Origin: an uncultured delta proteobacterium
GTDB taxonomy: Bacteria; Desulfobacterota; Binatia; JACPRU01
Assembly: GCA_963711395.1 (NCBI GenBank)
Contig: CAVQEA010000003.1
Location: 209,447 to 273,446 of the forward strand
Reading direction: 5' to 3'
DNA length: 64,000 nt
Numbering within the stretch: the first letter of the stretch is position 1; each line of letters begins with the position of its first letter. Under the pieces are notes generated by a model, which was not told the origin of the DNA, ran no database searches, and saw only the letters and a program-made list of their open reading frames with translations. Made by a program: the position numbers and the translations under genes. This document shows, one piece after another, positions 63,503 to 64,000 of the stretch.

Positions 63503-64000
63503 CTACTGACCCGATGATCCAGCGAGCTTCGCGACGGCGGCCACGAGCGCTTGGTTTCCATGAGAGAGAACGTAGGAGGATGCGACGATCCCCGCGAGCG
63601 CCACCGCCATCGACACCACCACCAGCGAGACTCGCCGACGCGCAGCGCGAGCATCTGCGTCCGTGACGATCTGTGGAATGCATGCCAGCACGGGAATTCG
63701 GGAGAACGACCGCAAGTCGTCGAGGCCGTGGAAAGAGCTGTCGAGGCTCTCGATCAAGAAGACCGCCGCCGCACCGAGCCCGAGCGACAGGGCCAAAGAG
63801 AGAAACAAGAGCCAACCGCGCCGTGGCGCCGCCGCCGTGTGCATCGGAATGGCGGCGTCCAGCACGCGGAACTGCTCGCCCTTCTGACGATGCTCCATGC
63901 TCTCGGCGATCTTCGCCTCCTCGTATCGCTTCAGCAGCGATGCATAGACTTCCTTCGTGGTGTTGTAGTCCCTCGAGAGTTCCTGGAACTGCTGCTCGCG
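63503..64000 (-). CDS. Chain-length determinant (Wzz/GumC/EpsF-like) protein, C-terminal part; 5' end beyond the right edge
   Basis: The frame is open to base 64000 (…YNTTKEVYASLLKRYEEAKIAESMEHRQKGEQFRVLDAA..P). A C-terminal TM helix is present. Confidence 0.7.
   Translation of the reverse strand, partial: REQQFQELSRDYNTTKEVYASLLKRYEEAKIAESMEHRQKGEQFRVLDAAIPMHTAAAPRRGWLLFLSLALSLGLGAAAVFLIESLDSSFHGLDDLRSFSRIPVLACIPQIVTDADARAARRRVSLVVVSMAVALAGIVASSYVLSHGNQALVAAVAKLAGSSGQ

Noticed and set aside
1-64000. tRNA, rRNA, CRISPR arrays, IS elements, integrases and toxin-antitoxin or defence-island genes
   Set aside because: I looked for T-loop-like GGTTCGA motifs outside CDSs, for regularly spaced repeats, and for transposase or recombinase motifs. 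I found none that I could support. The intergenic space is too small to hide such features, except at 47420-47878.

Overview
This is a 64-kb, very G+C-rich and almost gap-free coding stretch of a bacterial chromosome. It looks Gram-negative in type: lipoprotein lipoboxes, a pilin-like fragment and Wzx/Wzy/Wzz-type polysaccharide genes. I support about 56 protein genes. I found no rRNA, tRNA, CRISPR array or intact IS element. Many adjacent genes overlap by 4 nt (ATGA/GTGA), which supports operon structure.

The left two thirds (1-40.3 kb) is a housekeeping and metabolic mix:
- putA, an M48 protease and a patatin lipase.
- An EgtD-like histidine N-methyltransferase, divergent from an Opu/Yeh-type betaine ABC transporter.
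- An M23 lipoprotein, mobA, and a GGCT-like gene convergent with pxpBCA (5-oxoprolinase).
- A crotonase, a CRTAC1-family FG-GAP protein, a MenA-like prenyltransferase, a USP, a VOC protein and an SPFH/SHOCT protein.
- F420-type LLM and DDN oxidoreductases flanking an NYN/LOTUS-like protein.
- GDPD, a MepM-like M23 peptidase and mltG.
- A four-gene membrane protein / MoxR / DUF58 / giant BatA-VWA operon.
- lexA, a HAD nucleotidase, hemW, an alpha-glucan phosphorylase and mutY.

The right third (40.4-64 kb) is an exopolysaccharide locus with two convergent arms:
- Plus-strand arm: GT2, an FAD oxidoreductase, a small membrane paralog, an SDR epimerase, wecB and a Wzy/O-antigen-ligase-like gene.
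- Minus-strand arm: Wzz, an ExeA-like ATPase, a tyrosine kinase, a priming sugar transferase, GT4, Wzx, two AsnB-like amidotransferases, GT2 and a CE4-like protein.
- The arms meet at a visibly lower-G+C patch that holds a secreted beta-helix/Ig-repeat protein.

The points most worth a second look:
1. A single in-frame TGA splits the CRTAC1 gene and is followed by a SECIS-like hairpin with a GGUC loop.
2. A single in-frame TAG splits the beta-helix gene.
3. An apparent frameshift separates the membrane anchor of MltG from its catalytic domain.
4. A perfect 29-bp inverted repeat supplies the stop codons and identical GTFLP C-termini of two convergent genes.
5. An orphan egtD sits next to a betaine transporter.
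6. The EPS locus has PEP-CTERM/exosortase-associated hallmarks, but no exosortase is in view.

I did not find a convincing self-contained novel system such as a defence island. All family calls come from reading motifs by eye, not from database searches.
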